Below are positions 38,901 to 55,065 of a DNA stretch of 64,000 nucleotides, piece after piece. The stretch covers positions 10,123,309 through 10,187,308 of the forward strand of contig CM082591.2 of assembly GCA_040954595.2 (NCBI GenBank), read 5' to 3'. The stretch is from Balanoglossus misakiensis (taxonomy: Eukaryota; Animalia; Hemichordata). The translations under genes were made by a program, and so were the position numbers. Each line of letters starts with the position of its first letter. Position 1 is the first letter of the stretch. Below the pieces are notes generated by a model. The model saw only the letters and a program-made list of their open reading frames with translations. It was not told the origin of the DNA and did no database searches.

Positions 38901-41900
38901 TGGTAGGCAAAAGTGACAAGTAGTCAAGTTTCAACACAGGCAACATTTTTTACAAACAAACCACAAAGAAGACATCAAAAGGGAGAGAATTATAGAATGG
39001 TCAATGTGTGAAAAGTTAAGATACGTAAAGTGGCCTGGTTCAACATTAACTCATCGACTTCATATCGTCTTCATGCCATGGTTTTTGCCTGCCCTGAAAG
39101 TTATTGTCGTTGCAGAAATGGTTTTGACAGAAAGAATTTAGTCTTCCGGGATGTTTGTGATTATTTGAACACCAGACAATACAATGCAACCTTGACTTCC
39201 AAAATACTTACCGGCATTGCATTATCTTACCATGGTTAGGCCTACATTGAACAAATTTTCAACAATATTTTCTGAGTTACCGCTGATATTTGTTTTGTAG
39301 TATGGATATTAAATTATACATCCCGATACAAAACAGAATGTTATAGAATCCTTCCTGAGTGATATTGAAAAAATTACCGGAATGCTACCGCCTAATCTAT
39401 GGTTAGGGTTATTGCTATTATTTTATATCAGTAATCGACTTTGTGTATATCAATGTCATTTTCATAACGAAAATGAACTCGAGTCTAATGTAAACGTTAC
39501 GAATTGATCGAAAGGCGCTCTGATGAATGTTAACACGAGTGCGCAGTGACAAGACATGCATCGTGCGTGACAGTGACAACAGTTCCTATAGAGCAGTTAA
39601 AAAATAAACCGGCCGTCCGGAAATTTATCAGCTATATTTTTTTTTATTTAGTCACGTTTTCCCTGTTGCATGCTATTAGTTCAGGGGCCAGTTTTAGCAG
39701 TGCTCTATTGAGTACTTTCGTATCGATGGATTGATCTCTCGTCCAATCAGAATGGCGGATGGTAGCATGATCCGACATATTGCGTATTACAATAGGGCTT
39801 CCTCATACAGGTCAGAACGGAGAGGTCATTCCTTTTATTTTAGGACGTCTCAGCTCCTTTGTCTTTTCTGTTATAGTGTTAAATAAATCAAACGGTTTTG
39901 TTTTGGCCGGTAAACACCGATGGATTAACTCTTAAGTCCATCGTGCATCCAAACGCAGTCAAGTCGGTTTGGTCATTGTTTATGCGACAGTAAATGCCAA
40001 ATGTGACAGAAGCATCATATTAAATGAGATAGAATACACAAACAAACAAACATACGAATAAACAAACAGGCAAACAAACAAACAAACAAACAACCATTAG
40101 GGACTGTTCAGAATTTACTTCCAAGTTGGGGATGGAGGATTTTTTATTTTCCTGGTGATTTTTTTTCCATGGTCTCCCCTAGTAAATTGTGGAGGAAATA
40201 TGTGGTCCCTCCTTAAATTTCCTGGGGATTTTCCATGGTCCCCCTATTGTGACTTTTATGTCTAGTCTCCCCTAATTTGTCTTGGAGAAAATGGGTGGTC
40301 CCCCCCCCTCTGAAAATTCTCCTCCCCCTGGAAGTAAATTCTGAACAGTCCCTTATTAAAGCCAACAGCTAGCACCCTGGCTTCTCTGCCAGAGGAGCGA
40401 TAACATCGATAAAATGCAGATACACAAGAAATGAGCACTTTATTCCACAAGTGAAGTAGTCTGTTCCCTGCCCCATTCCCACCGCTGGCTGCGCCCTTTA
40501 GCGTAGCGCCGATGGCAGTGGGAATGGGGCAGGGGACCAGACTACAAGTGAAGAACCCCAGTAACAGACGTAACGAACAAACAAACTACATGTACTAACA
40601 ACAAAGCAAGAAAAGTGTCAAGCGTCGTCAAAGAAAACGAAAAAGTTCTAGCATGGTTGGTAAAAGTTATTGGTATAAAACGAATAGGGCCTTCTACAAA
40701 TGACGTCTCAGACCCGCAAACGCCACCAGAACACAAAACACATGCACAGAACAGTTTAAGCCGGTTGTTGTATGGAGCAGCAATAATCTGCGGTTGGGCC
40801 GTCGTAGATTTTCGCTGGTGGTGAAAATAAATAAAACACGATCGATGTTCGATTTATTCCAGATCACATGCGTTTACGGCCAGGAGAGAGCATAAAAGTC
40901 TTCAAATGACCACGTGGTGACGCACTTTTTCCGATTGGCTGTATTTCAATTTGTTCGTGGTAAATTAATTTTGTGGAGGTGACCGGCACTGAAGCTCTTA
41001 GCTAGGATGAGGTGGGATGGAAAAATGCCCCATTTTAGCTGTTTTAAAATATACGACTATTTATAGACAAAAGGAAAATAAAACAAGCGCAAAAACATAC
41101 CAAACCTAGTTTTATTAATTAAAAACAAAATTGCTGAGTAAAGGTTTTCATGTGGGCATTCACTTTGAACTTGCTAAATTAATTTAAAGAGACAAAGTCG
41201 CTCTCTCTTTGTCCTTTTGCGATGATAGAATGCTTGCTTGAAGTCTCTCGTGCAATAAATGATGTCGATTCATACATGTATGGATGGTGTATAGGTGGTC
41301 GGAATTTACATTGTCTTTGCCACGACCAAACCAACAACACGTAAAATCAAAGTTTGGGTCATGAAATCGAGTTTTGTCACAGTCTGGAATTTCATGCCAC
41401 CCCTTATGGTCATATTATTCTAGGTAGGCAAAAGTGACAAGTAGTCAAGTTTCAACACAGGCAACATTTTTTACAAACAAACCACAAAGAAGACATCAAA
41501 AGGGAGAGAATTATAGAATGGTCAATGTGTGAAAAGTTAAGATACGTAAAGTGGCCGGGTTCAACATTAACTCATCGACTTCATATCGTCTTCATGCCAT
41601 GGTTTTTGCCTGCCCTGAAAGTTCTTGTCGTTGCAGAAGTGGTTTTGACAGAAAGAATTTAGTCTTCCGGGATGTTTGTGATTATTTGAACACCAGACAA
41701 TACAATGCAACCTTGACTTCCAAAATACTTACCGGCATTGCATTATCTTACCATGGTTAGGCCTACAGTGAACAAATTTTCAACAATATTTTCTGAGTTA
41801 CCGCTGATATTTGTTTTGTAGTATGGATATTAAATTATACATCCCGATACAAAACAGAATGTTATAGAATCCTTCCTGAGTGATATTGAAAAAATTACCG

Positions 41901-44900
41901 GAATGCTACCGCCTAATCTATGGTTAGGGTTATTGCTATTATTTTATATCAGTAATCGACTTTGTGTATATCAATGTCATTTTCATAACGAAAATGAACT
42001 CGAGTCTAATGTAAACGTTACGAATTGATCGAAAGGCGCTCTGATGAATGTTAACACGAGTGCGCAGTGACAAGACATGCATCGTGCGTGACAGTGACAA
42101 CAGTTCCTATAGAGCAGTTAAAAAATAAACCGGCCGTCCGGAAATTTATCAGCTATATTTTTTTTTATTTAGTCACGTTTTCCCTGTTGCATGCTATTAG
42201 TTCAGGGGCCAGTTTTAGCAGTGCTCTATTGAGTACTTTCGTATCGATGGATTGATCTCTCGTCCAATCAGAATGGCGGATGGTAGCATGATCCGACATA
42301 TTGCGTATTACAATAGGGCTTCCTCATACAGGTCAGAACGGAGAGGTCATTCCTTTTATTTTATGACGTCTCAGCTCCTTTGTCTTTTCTGTTATAGTGT
42401 TAAAGAAATCAAACGGTTTTGTTTTGGCCGGTAAACACCGATGGATTAACTCTTAAGTCCATCGTGCATCCAAACGCAGTCGAGTCGGTTTGGTCATTGT
42501 TTATGCGACAGTAAATGCCAAATGTGACAGAAGCATCATATTAAATGAGATAGAATACACAAACAAACAAACATACGAATAAACGAACAGGCAAACAAAC
42601 AAACAACCATTAGGGACTGTTCAGAATTTACTTCCAAGTTGGGGATGGAGGATTTTTTATTTTCCTGGTGATTTTTTTCCATGGTCTCCCCTAGTAAATT
42701 GTGGAGGAAATATGTGGTCCCTCCTTAAATTTCCTGGGGATTTTCCATGGTCCCCCTATTGTGACTTTTATGTCTAGTCTCCCCTAATTTGTCTTGGAGA
42801 AAATGGGTGGTTCCCCCCCCCCTCTGAATATTCTCCGCCCCCTGGAAGTAAATTCTGAACAGTCCCTTATTAAAGCCAACAGCTAGCACCCTGGCTTCTC
42901 TGCCAGAGGAGCGATAACATCGACAAAATGCAGATACACAAGAAATGAGCACTTTATTCCACAAGTGAAGTAGTCTGTTCCCTGCCCCATTCCCACCGCT
43001 GGCTGCGCCCTTTAGCGTAGCGCCGATGGCAGTGGGAATGGGGCAGGGGACCAGACTACAAGTGAAGAACCCCAGTAACAGACGTAACGAACAAACAAAC
43101 TACATGTACTAACAACAAAGCAAGAAAAGTGTCAAGCGTCGTCAAAGAAAACGAAAAAGTTCTAGCATGGTTGGTAAAAGTTATTGGTAGAAAACGAATA
43201 GGGCCTTCTACAAATGACGTCTCAGACCCGCAAACGCCACCAGAACACAAAACACATGCACAGAACAGTTTAAGCTGGTTGTTGTATGGAGCAGCAATAA
43301 TCTGCGGTTGGGCCGTAGTAGATTTTCGCTGGTGGTGAAAATAAATAAAACACGATCGATGTTCGATTTATTCCAGATCACATGCGTTTACGGCCAGGAG
43401 AGAGCATAAAAGTCTTCAAATGACCATGTGGTGGCGCACTTTTTCCGATTGGCTGTATTTCAATTTGTTCGTGGTAAATTAATTTTGTGGAGGTGACCGG
43501 CACTGAAGCTCTTAGCTAGGATGAGGTGGGATGGAAAAATGCCCCATTTTAGCTGTTTTAAAATATACGACTATTTATAGACAAAAGGAAAATAAAACAA
43601 GCGCAAAAACATACCAAACCTAGTTTTATTAATTAAAAACAAAATTGCTGAGTAAAGGTTTTCATGTGGGCATTCACTTTGAACTTGCTAAATTAATTTA
43701 AAGAGACAAAGTCGCTCTCTCTTTGTCCTTTTGCGATGATAGAATGCTTGCTTGAAGTCTCTCGTGCAATAAATGATGTCGATTCATACATGTATGGATG
43801 GTGTATAGGTGGTCGGAATTTACATGTCTTTGCCACGACCAAACCAACAACACGTAAAATCAAAGTTTGGGTCATGAAATCGAGTTTTGTTACAGTCTAG
43901 AATTTCATGCCACCCCTTATGGTCATATTATTCTTGGTAGGCAAAAGTGACAAGTAGTCAAGTTTCAACACAGGCAACATTTTTTACAAACAAACCACAA
44001 AGAAGACATCAAAAGGGAGAGAATTATAGAATGGTCAATGTGTGAAAAGTTAAGATACGTAAAGTGGCCGGGTTCAACATTAACTCATCGACTTCATATC
44101 GTCTTCATGCCATGGTTTTTGCCTGCCCTGAAAGTTCTTGTCGTTGCAGAAATGGTTTTGACAGAAATAATTTAGTCTTCCGGGATGTTTGTGATTATTT
44201 GAACACCAGACAATACAATGCAACCTTGACTTCCAAAATACTTACCGGCATTGCATTATCTTACCATGGTTAGGCCTACAGTGAACACATTTTCAACAAT
44301 ATTTTCTGAGTTACCGCTGATATTTGTTTTGTAGTATGGATATTAAATTATACATCCCGATACAAAACAGAATGTTATAGAATCCTTCCTGAGTGATATT
44401 GAAAAAATTACCGGAATGCTACCGCCTAATCTATGGTTAGGGTTATTGCTATTATTTTATATCAGTAATCGACTTTGTGTATATCAATGTCATTTTAATA
44501 ACGAAAATGAACTCGAGTCTAATGTAAACGTTACGAATTGATCGAAAGGCGCTCTGATGAATGTTAACACGAGTGCGCAGTGACAAGACATGCATCGTGC
44601 GTGACAGTGACAACAGTTCCTATAGAGCAGTTAAAAAATAAACCGGCCGTCCGTAAATTTATCAGCTATATTTTTTTTATTTAGTCACGTTTTCCCTGTT
44701 GCATGCTATTAGTTCAGGGGCCAGTTTTAGCAGTGCTCTATTGAGTACTTTCGTATCGATGGATTGATCTCTCGTCCAATCAGAATGGCGGATGGTAGCA
44801 TGATCCGACATATTGCGTATTACAATAGGGCTTCCTCATACAGGTCAGAACGGAGAGGTCATTCCTTTTATTTTAGGACGTCTCAGCTCCTTTGTCTTTT

Positions 44901-47900
44901 CTGTTATAGTGTTAAAGAAATCAAACGGTTTTGTTTTGGCCGGTAAACACCGATGGATTAAATCTTAAGTCCATCGTGCATCCAAACGCAGTCGAGTCGG
45001 TTTGGTCATTGTTTATGCGACAGTAAATGCCAAATGTGACAGAAGCATCATATTAAATGAGATAGAATACACAAACAAACAAACATACGAATAAACAAAC
45101 AGGCAAACAAACAAACAAACAAACAACCATTAGGGACTGTTCAGAATTTACGTCCAAGTTGGGGATGGAGGATTTTTTATTTTCCTGGTGATTTTTTTCC
45201 ATGGTCTCCCCTAGTAAATTGTGGAGGAAATATGTGGTCCCTCTTTAAATTTCCTGGGGATTTTCCATGGTCCCCCTATTGTGACTTTTATGTCTAGTCT
45301 CCCCTAATTTGTCTTGGAGAAAATGGGTGGTCCCCCCCTCTGAAAATTCTCCGCCCCCTGGAAGTATATTCTGAACAGTCCCTTATTAAAGCCAACAGCT
45401 AGCACCCTGGCTTCTCTGCCAGAGGAGCGATAACATCGACAAAATGCAGATACACAAGAAATGAGCACTTTATTCCACAAGTGAAGTAGTCTGTTCCCTG
45501 CCCCATTCCCACCGCTGGCTGCGCCCTTTAGCGTAGCGCCGATGGCAGTGGGAATGGGGCAGGGGACCAGACTACAAGTGAAGAACCCCAGTAACAGACG
45601 TAACGAACAAACAAACTACATGTACTAACAACAAAGCAAGAAAAGTGTCAAGCGTCGTCAAAGAAAACGAAAAAGTTCTAGCATGGTTGGTAAAAGTTAT
45701 TGGTAGAAAACGAATAGGGCCTTCTACAAATGACGTCTCAGACCCGCAAACGCCACCAGAACACAAAACACATGCACAGAACAGTTTAAGCCGGTTGTTG
45801 TATGGAGCAGCAATAATCTGCGGTTGGGCCGTCGTAGATTTTCGCTGGTGGTGAAAATAAATAAAACACGATCGATGTTCGATTTATTCCAGATCACATG
45901 CGTTTACGGCCAGGAGAGAGCATAAAAGTCTTCAAATGACCATGTGGTGGCGCACTTTTTCCGATTGGCTGTATTTCAATTTGTTCGTGGTAAATTAATT
46001 TTGTGGAGGTGACCGGCACTGAAGCTCTTAGCTAGGATGAGGTGGGATGGAAAAATGCCCCATTTTAGCTGTTTTAAAATATACGACTATTTATAGACAA
46101 AAGGAAAATAAAACAAGCGCAAAAACATACCAAACCTAGTTTTATTAATTAAAAACAAAATTGCTGAGTAAAGGTTTTCATGTGGGCATTCACTTTGAAC
46201 TTGCTAAATTAATTTAAAGAGACAAAGTCGCTCTCTCTTTGTCCTTTTGCGATGATAGAATGCTTGCTTGAAGTCTCTCGTGCAATAAATGATGTCGATT
46301 CATACATGTATGGATGGTGTATAGGTGGTCAGAATTTACATGTCTTTGCCACGACCAAACCAACAACACGTAAAATCAAAGTTTGGGTCATGAAATCGAG
46401 TTTTGTTACAGTCTAGAATTTCATGCCACCCCTTATGGTCATATTATTCTTGGTAGGCAAAAGTGACAAGTAGTCAAGTTTCAACACAGGCAACATTTTT
46501 TACAAACAAACCACAAAGAAGACATCAAAAGGGAGAGAATTATAGAATGGTCAATGTGTGAAAAGTTAAGATACGTAAAGTGGCCGGGTTCAACATTAAC
46601 TCATCGACTTCATATCGTCTTCATGCCATGGTTTTTGCCTGCCTTGAAAGTTCTTGTCGTTGCAGAAGTGGTTTTGACAGAAAGAATTTAGTCTTCCGGG
46701 ATGTTTGTGATTATTTGAACACCAGACAATACAATGCAACCTTGACTTCCAAAATACTTACCGGCATTGCATTATCTTACCATGGTTAGGCCTACAGTGA
46801 ACAAATTTTCAACAATATTTTCTGAGTTACCGCTGATATTTGTTTTGTAGTATGGATATTAAATTATACATCCCGATACAAAACAGAATGTTATAGAATC
46901 CTTCCTGAGTGATATTGAAAAAATTACCGGAATGCTACCGCCTAATCTATGGTTAGGGTTATTGCTATTATTTTATATCAGTAATCGACTTTGTGTATAT
47001 CAATGTCATTTTCATAACGAAAATGAACTCGAGTCTAATGTAAACGTTACGAATTGATCGAAAGGCGCTCTGATGAATGTTAACACGAGTGCGCAGTGAC
47101 AAGACATGCATCGTGCGTGACAGTGACAACAGTTCCTATAGAGCAGTTAAAAAATAAACCGGCCGTCCGTAAATTTATCAGCTATATTTTTTTTTATTTA
47201 GTCACGTTTTCCCTGTTGCATGCTATTAGTTCAGGGGCCAGTTTTAGCAGTGCTCTATTGAGTACTTTTGTATCGATGGATTGATCTCTCGTCCAATCAG
47301 AATGGCGGATGGTAGCATGATCCGACATATTGCGTATTACAATAGGGCTTCCTCATACAGGTCAGAACGGAGAGGTCATTCCTTTTATTTTAGGACGTCT
47401 CAGCTCCTTTGTCTTTTCTGTTATAGTGTTAAAGAAATCAAACGGTTTTGTTTTGGCCGGTAAACACCGATGGATTAACTCTTAAGTCCATCGTGCATCC
47501 AAACGCAGTCGAGTCGGTTTGGTCATTGTTTATGCGACAGTAAATGCCAAATGTGACAGAAACATCATATTAAATGAGATAGAATACACAAACAAACAAA
47601 CATACGAATAAACAAACAGGCAAACAAACAAACAAACAACCATTAGGGACTGTTCAGAATTTACTTCCAAGTTGGGGATGGAGGATTTTTTATTTTCCTG
47701 GTGATTTTTTTCCATGGTCTCCCCTAGTAAATTGTGGAGGAAATATGTGGTCCCTCTTTAAATTTCCTGGGGATTTTCCATGGTCCCCCTATTGTGACTT
47801 TTATGTCTAGTCTCCCCTAATTTGTCTTGGAGAAAATGGGTGGTCCCCCCCTCTGAAAATTCTCCGCCCCCTGGAAGTATATTCTGAACAGTCCCTTATT

Positions 47901-50900
47901 AAAGCCAACAGCTAGCACCCTGGCTTCTCTGCCAGAGGAGCGATAACATCGACAAAATGCAGATACACAAGAAATGAGCACTTTATTCCACAAGTGAAGT
48001 AGTCTGTTCCCTGCCCCATTCCCACCGCTGGCTGCGCCCGTTAGCGTAGCGCCGATGGCAGTGGGAATGGGGCAGGGGACCAGACTACAAGTGAAGAACC
48101 CAAGTAACAGACGTAACGAACAAACAAACTACATGTACTAACAACAAAGCAAGAAAAGTGTCAAGCGTCGTCAAAGAAAACGAAAAAGTTCTAGCATGGT
48201 TGGTAAAAGTTATTGGTAGAAAACGAATAGGGCCTTCTACAAATGACGTCTCAGACCCGCAAACGCCACCAGAACACAAAACACATGCACAGAACAGTTT
48301 AAGCCGGTTGTTGTATGGAGCAGCAATAATCTGCGGTTGGGCCGTCGTAGATTTTCGCTGGTGGTGAAAATAAATAAAACACGATCGATGTTCGATTTAT
48401 TCCAGATCACATGCGTTTACGGCCAGGAGAGAGCATAAAAGTCTTCAAATGACCATGTGGTGGCGCACTTTTTCCGATTGGCTGTATTTCAATTTGTTCG
48501 TGGTAAATTAATTTTGTGGAGGTGACCGGCACTGAAGCTCTTAGCTAGGATGAGGTGGGATGGAAAAATGCCCCATTTTAGCTGTTTTAAAATATACGAC
48601 TATTTGTAGACAAAAGGAAAATAAAACAAGCGCAAAAACATACCAAACCTAGTTTTATTAATTAAAAACAAAATTGCTGAGTAAAGGTTTTCATGTGGGC
48701 ATTCACTTTGAACTTGCTAAATTAATTTAAAGAGACAAAGTCGCTCTCTCTTTGTCCTTTTGCGATGATAGAATGCTTGCTTGAAGTCTCTCGTGCAATA
48801 AATGATGTCGATTCATACATGTATGGATGGTGTATAGGTGGTCGGAATTTACATGTCTTTGCCACGACCAAACCAACAACACGTAAAATCAAAATTTGGG
48901 TCATGAAATCGAGTTTTGTTACAGTCTAGAATTTCATGCCACCCCTTATGGTCATATTATTCTTGGTAGGCAAAAGTGACAAGTAGTCAAGTTTCAACAC
49001 AGGCAACATTTTTTACAAACAAACCACAAAGAAGACATCAAAAGGGAGAGAATTATAGAATGGTCAATGTGTGAAAAGTTAAGATACGTAAAGTGGCCGG
49101 GTTCAACATTAACTCATCGACTTCATATCGTCTTCATGCCATGGTTTTTGCCTGCCCTGAAAGTTCTTGTCGTTGCAGAAGTGGTTTTGACAGAAAGAAT
49201 TTAGTCTTCCGGTATGTTTGTGATTATTTGAACACCAGACAATACAATGCAACCTTGACTTCCAAAATACTTACCGGCATTGCATTATCTTACCATGGTT
49301 AGGCCTACAGTGAACAAATTTTCAACAATATTTTCTGAGTTACCGCTGATATTTGTTTTGTAGTATGGATATTAAATTATACATCCCGATACAAAGCAGA
49401 ATGTTATAGACTCCTTCCTGAGTGATATTGAAAAAATTACCGGAATGCTACCGCCTAATCTATGGTTAGGGTTATTGCTATTATTTTATATCAGTAATCG
49501 ACTTTGTGTATATCAATGTCATTTTCATAACGAAAATGAACTCGAGTCTAATGTAAACGTTACGAATTGATCGAAAGGCGTTCTGATGAATGTTAACACG
49601 AGTGCGCAGTGACAAGACATGCATCGTGCATGACAGTGACAACAGTTCCTATAGAGCAGTTAAAAAATAAACCGGCCGTCCGTAAATTTATCAGCTATAT
49701 TTTTTTTTTATTTAGTCACGTTTTCCCTGTTGCATGCTATTAGTTCAGGGGCCAGTTTTAGCAGTGCTCTATTGAGTACTTTCGTATCGATGGATTGATC
49801 TCTCGTCCAATCAGAATGGCGGATGGTGGCATGATCCGACATATTGCGTATTACAATAGGGCTTCCTCATACAGGTCAGAACGGAGAGGTCATTCCTTTT
49901 ATTTTAGGACGTCTCAGCTCCTTTGTCTTTTCTGTTATAGTGTTAAAGAAATCAAACGGTTTTGTTTTGGCCGGTAAACACCGATGGATTAACTCTTAAG
50001 TCCATCGTGCATCCAAACGCAGTCGAGTCGGTTTGGTCATTGTTTATGCGACAGTAAATGCCAAATGTGACAGAAGCATCATATTAAATGAGATAGAATA
50101 CACAAACAAACAAACATACGAATAAACAAACAGGCAAACAAACAAACAAACAACCATTAGGGACTGTTCAGAATTTACTTCCAAGTTGGGGATGGAGGAT
50201 TTTTTATTTTCCTGGTGATTTTTTTCTATGGTCTCCCCTAGTAAATTGTGGAGGAAATATGTGGACCCTCCTTAAATTTCCTGGGGATTTTCCATGGTCC
50301 CCCTATTGTGACTTTTATGTGTAGTCTCCCCTAATTTGTCTTGGTGAAAATGGGTGGTCCCCCCCCCCTCTGAAAATTCTCCGCCCCCTGGAAGTAAATT
50401 CTGAACAGTCCTTTATTAAAGCCAACAGCTAGCACCCTGGCTTCTCTGCCAGAGGAGCGATAACATCGACAAAATGCAGATACACAAGAAATGAGCACTT
50501 TATTCCACAAGTGAAGTAGTCTGTTCCCTGTCCCATTCCCACCGCTGGCTGCGCCCTTTAGCGTAGCGCCGATGGCAGTGGGAATGGGGCAGGGGACCAG
50601 ACTACAAGTGAAGAACCCCAGTAACAGACGTAACGAACAAACAAACTACATGTACTAACAACAAAGCAAGAAAAGTGTCAAGCGTCGTCAAAGAAAACGA
50701 AAAAGTTCTAGCATGGTTGGTAAAAGTTATTGGTAGAAAACGAATAGGGCCTTCTACAAATGACGTCTCAGACCCACAAACGCCACCAGAACACAAAACA
50801 CATGCACAGAACAGTTTAAGCCGGTTGTTGTATGGAGCAGCAATAATCTGCGGTTGGGCCGTCGTAGATTTTCGCTGGTGGTGAAAATAAATAAAACACG

Positions 50901-53900
50901 ATCGATGTTCGATTTATTCCAGATCACATGCGTTTACGGCCAGGAGAGAGCATAAAAGTCTTCAAATGACCATGTGGTGGCGCACTTTTTCCGATTGGCT
51001 GTATTTCAATTGTTCGTGGTAAATTAATTTTGTGGAGGTGACCGGCACTGAAGCTCTTAGCTAGGATGAGGTGGGATGGAAAAATGCCCCATTTTAGCTG
51101 TTTTAAAATATACGACTATTTATAGACAAAAGGAAAATAAAACAAGCGCAAAAACATACCAAACCTAGTTTTATTAATTAAAAACAAAATTGCTGAGTAA
51201 AGGTTTTCATGTGGGCATTCACTTGCTAAATTAATTTAAAGAGACAAAGTCGAATTTACATGTCTTCGCCACGACCAAACCAACAACACGTAAAATCAAA
51301 GTTTGGGTCATAAAATCGAGTTTGGTTACAGTCTAGAATTTCATGCCACCCCTTATGGTCATATTATTCTTGGTAGGCAAAAGTGACAAGTAGTCAAGTT
51401 TCAACACAGGCAACATTTTTTACAAACAAACCACAAAGAAGACATCAAAAGGGAGAGAATTATAGAATGGTCAATGTGTGAAAAGTTAAGATACGTAAAG
51501 TGGCCTGGTTCAACATTAACTCATCGACTTCATATCGTCTTCATGCCGTGGTTTTTGCCTGCCCTGAAAGTTCTTGTCGTTGCAGAAGTGGTTTTGACAG
51601 AAAGAATTTAGTCTTCCGGGATGTTTGTGATTATTTGAACACCAGACAATACAATGCAACCTTGACTTCCAAAATACTTACCGGCATTGCATTATCTTAC
51701 CATGGTTAGGCCTACAGTGAACACATTTTCAACAATATTTTCTGAGATACCGCTGATATTTGTTTTGTAGTATGGATATTAAATTATACATCCCGATACA
51801 AAACAGAATGTTATAGAATCCTTCCTGAGTGATATTGAAAAAATTACCGGAATGCTACCGCCTAATCTATGGTTAGGGTTATTGCTATTATTTTATATCA
51901 GTAATCGACTTTGTGTATATCAATGTCATTTTCATAACGAAAATGAACTCGAGTCTAATGTAAACGTTACGAATTGATCGAAAGGCGCTCTGATGAATGT
52001 TAACACGAGTGCGCAGTGACAAGACATGCATCGTGCATGACAGTGACAACAGTTCCTATAGAGCAGTTAAAAAATAAACCGGCCGTCCGTAAATTTATCA
52101 GCTATATTTTTTTTTATTTAGTCACGTTTTCCCTGTTGCATGCTATTAGTTCAGGGGCCAGTTTTAGCAGTGCTCTATTGAGTACTTTCGTATCGATGGA
52201 TTGATCTCTCGTCCAATCAGAATGGCGGATGGTAGCATGATCCGACATATTGCGTATTACAATAGGGCTTCCTCATACAGGTCAGAACGGAGAGGTCATT
52301 CCTTTTATTTTAGGACGTCTCAGCTCCTTTGTCTTTTCTGTTATAGTGTTAAAGAAATCAAACGGTTTTGTTTTGGCCGGTAAACACCGATGGATTAACT
52401 CTTAAGTCCATCGTGCATCCAAACGCAGTCGAGTCGGTTTGGTCATTGTTTATGCGACAGTAAATGCCAAATGTGACAGAAGCATCATATTAAATGAGAT
52501 AGAATACACAAACAAACAAACATACGAATAAACAAACAGGCAAACAAACAAACAAACAACCATTAGGGACTGTTCAGAATTTACTTCCAAGTTGGGGATG
52601 GAGGATTTTTTATTTTCCTGGTGATTTTTTTCCATGGTCTCCCCTAGTAAATTGTGGAGGAAATATGTGGTCCCTCCTTAAATTTCCTTGGGATTTTCCA
52701 TGGTCCCCCTATTGTGACTTTTATGTCTAGTCTCCCCTAGTTTGTCTTGGAGAAAATGGGTGGTCCCCCCCCCCTCTGAAAATTCTCCGCCCCCTGGAAG
52801 TAAATTCTGAACAGTCCCTTATTAAAGCCAACAGCTAGCACCCTGGCTTCTCTGCCAGAGGAGCGATAACATCGACAAAATGCAGATACACAAGAAATGA
52901 GCACTTTATTCCACAAGTGAAGTAGTCTGTTCCCTGCCCCATTCCCACCGCTGGCTGCGCCCTTTAGCGTAGCGCCGATGGCAGTGGGAATGGGGCAGGG
53001 GACCAGACTACAAGTGAAGAACCCCAGTAACAGACGTAGCGAACAAACAAACTACATGTACTAACAACAGAGCAAGAAAAGTGTCAAGCGTCGTCAAAGA
53101 AAACGAAAAAGTTCTAGCATGGTTGGTAAAAGTTATTGGTAGAAAACGAATAGGGCCTTCTACAAATGACGTCTCAGACCCGCAAACGCCACCAGAACAC
53201 AAAACACATGCACAGAACAGTTTAAGCCGGTTGTTGTATGGAGCAGCAATAATCTGCGGTTGGGCCGTCGTAGATTTTCGCTGGTGGTGAAAATAAATAA
53301 AACACGATCGATGTTCGATTTATTCCAGATCACATGCGTTTACGGCCAGGAGAGAGCATAAAAGTCTTCAAATGACCATGTGGTGGCGCACTTTTTCCGA
53401 TTGGCTGTATTTCAATTTGTTCGTGGTAAATTAATTTTGTGTAGGTGACCGGCACTGAAGCTCTTAGCTAGGATGAGGTGGGATGGAAAAATGCCCCATT
53501 TTAGCTGTTTTAAAATATACGACTATTTATAGACAAAAGGAAAATAAAACAAGCGCAAAAACATACCAAACCTAGTTTTATTAATTAAAAACAAAATTGC
53601 TGAGTAAAGGTTTTCATGTGGGCATTCACTTTGAACTTGCTAAATTAATTTAAAGAGACAAAGTCGCTCTCTCTTTGTCCTTTTGCGATGATAGAATGCT
53701 TGCTTGAAGTCTCTCGTGCAATAAATGATGTCGATTCATACATGTATGGATGGTGTATAGGTGGTCGGAATTTACATGTCTTTGCCACGTAAAATCAAAG
53801 TTTGGGTCATGAAATCGAGTTTTGTTACAGTCTAGAATTTCATGCCACCACTTATGGTCATATTATTCTTGGTAGGCAAAAGTGACAAGTAGTCAAGTTT

Positions 53901-55065
53901 CAACACATGCAACATTTTTTACAAACAAACAACAAAGAAGACATCAAAAGGGAGAGAATTATAGAATGGTCAATGTGTGAAAAGTTAAGATACGTAAAGT
54001 GGCCGGGTTCAACATTAGCTCATCGACTTCATATCGTCTTCATGCCATGGTTTTTGCCTGCCCTGAAAGTTCTTGTCGTTGCAGAAGTGGTTTTGACAGA
54101 AAGAATTTAGTCTTCCGGGATGTTTGTGATTATTTGAACACCAGACAATACAATGCAACCTTGACTTCCAAAATACTTACCGGCATTGCATTATCTTACC
54201 ATGGTTAGGCCTACAGTGAACAAATTTTCAACAATATTTTCTGAGTTACCGCTGATATTTGTTTTGTAGTATGGATATTAAATTATACATCCCGATACAA
54301 ATCAGAATGTTATAGAATCCTTCCTGAGTGATATTGAAAAAATTACCGGAATGCTACCGCCTAATCTATGGTTAGGGTTATTGCTATTATTTTATATCAG
54401 TAATCGACTTTGTGTATATCAATGTCATTTTCATAACGAAAATGAACTCGAGTCTAATGTAAACGTTACGAATTGATCGAAAGGCGCTCTGATGAATGTT
54501 AACACGAGTGCGCAGTGACAAGACATGCATCGTGCGTGACAATGACAACAGTTCCTATAGAGCAGTTAAAAAATAAACCGGCCGTCCGTAAATTTATCAG
54601 CTATATTTTTTTTTTATTTAGTCACGTTTTCCCTGTTGCATGCTATTAGTTCAGGGGCCAGTTTTAGCAGTGCTCTATTGATTACTTTCGTATCGATGGA
54701 TTGATCTCTCGTCCAATCAGAATGGCGGATGGTAGCATGATCCGACATATTGCGTATTACAATAGGGCTTCCTCATACAGGTCAGAACGGAGAGGTCATT
54801 CCTTTTATTTTAGGACGTCTCAGCTCCTTTGTCTTTTCTGTTATAGTGTTAAAGAAATCAAACGGTTTTGTTTTGGCCGGTAAACACCGATGAATTAACT
54901 CTTAAGTCCATCGTGCATCCAAACGCAGTCGAGTCGGTTTGGTCATTGTTTATGCGACAGTAAATGCCAAATGTGACAGAAGCATCATATTAAATGAGAT
55001 AGAATACACAAACAAACAAACATACGAATAAACAAACAGGCAAACAAACAAACAAACAACCATTA

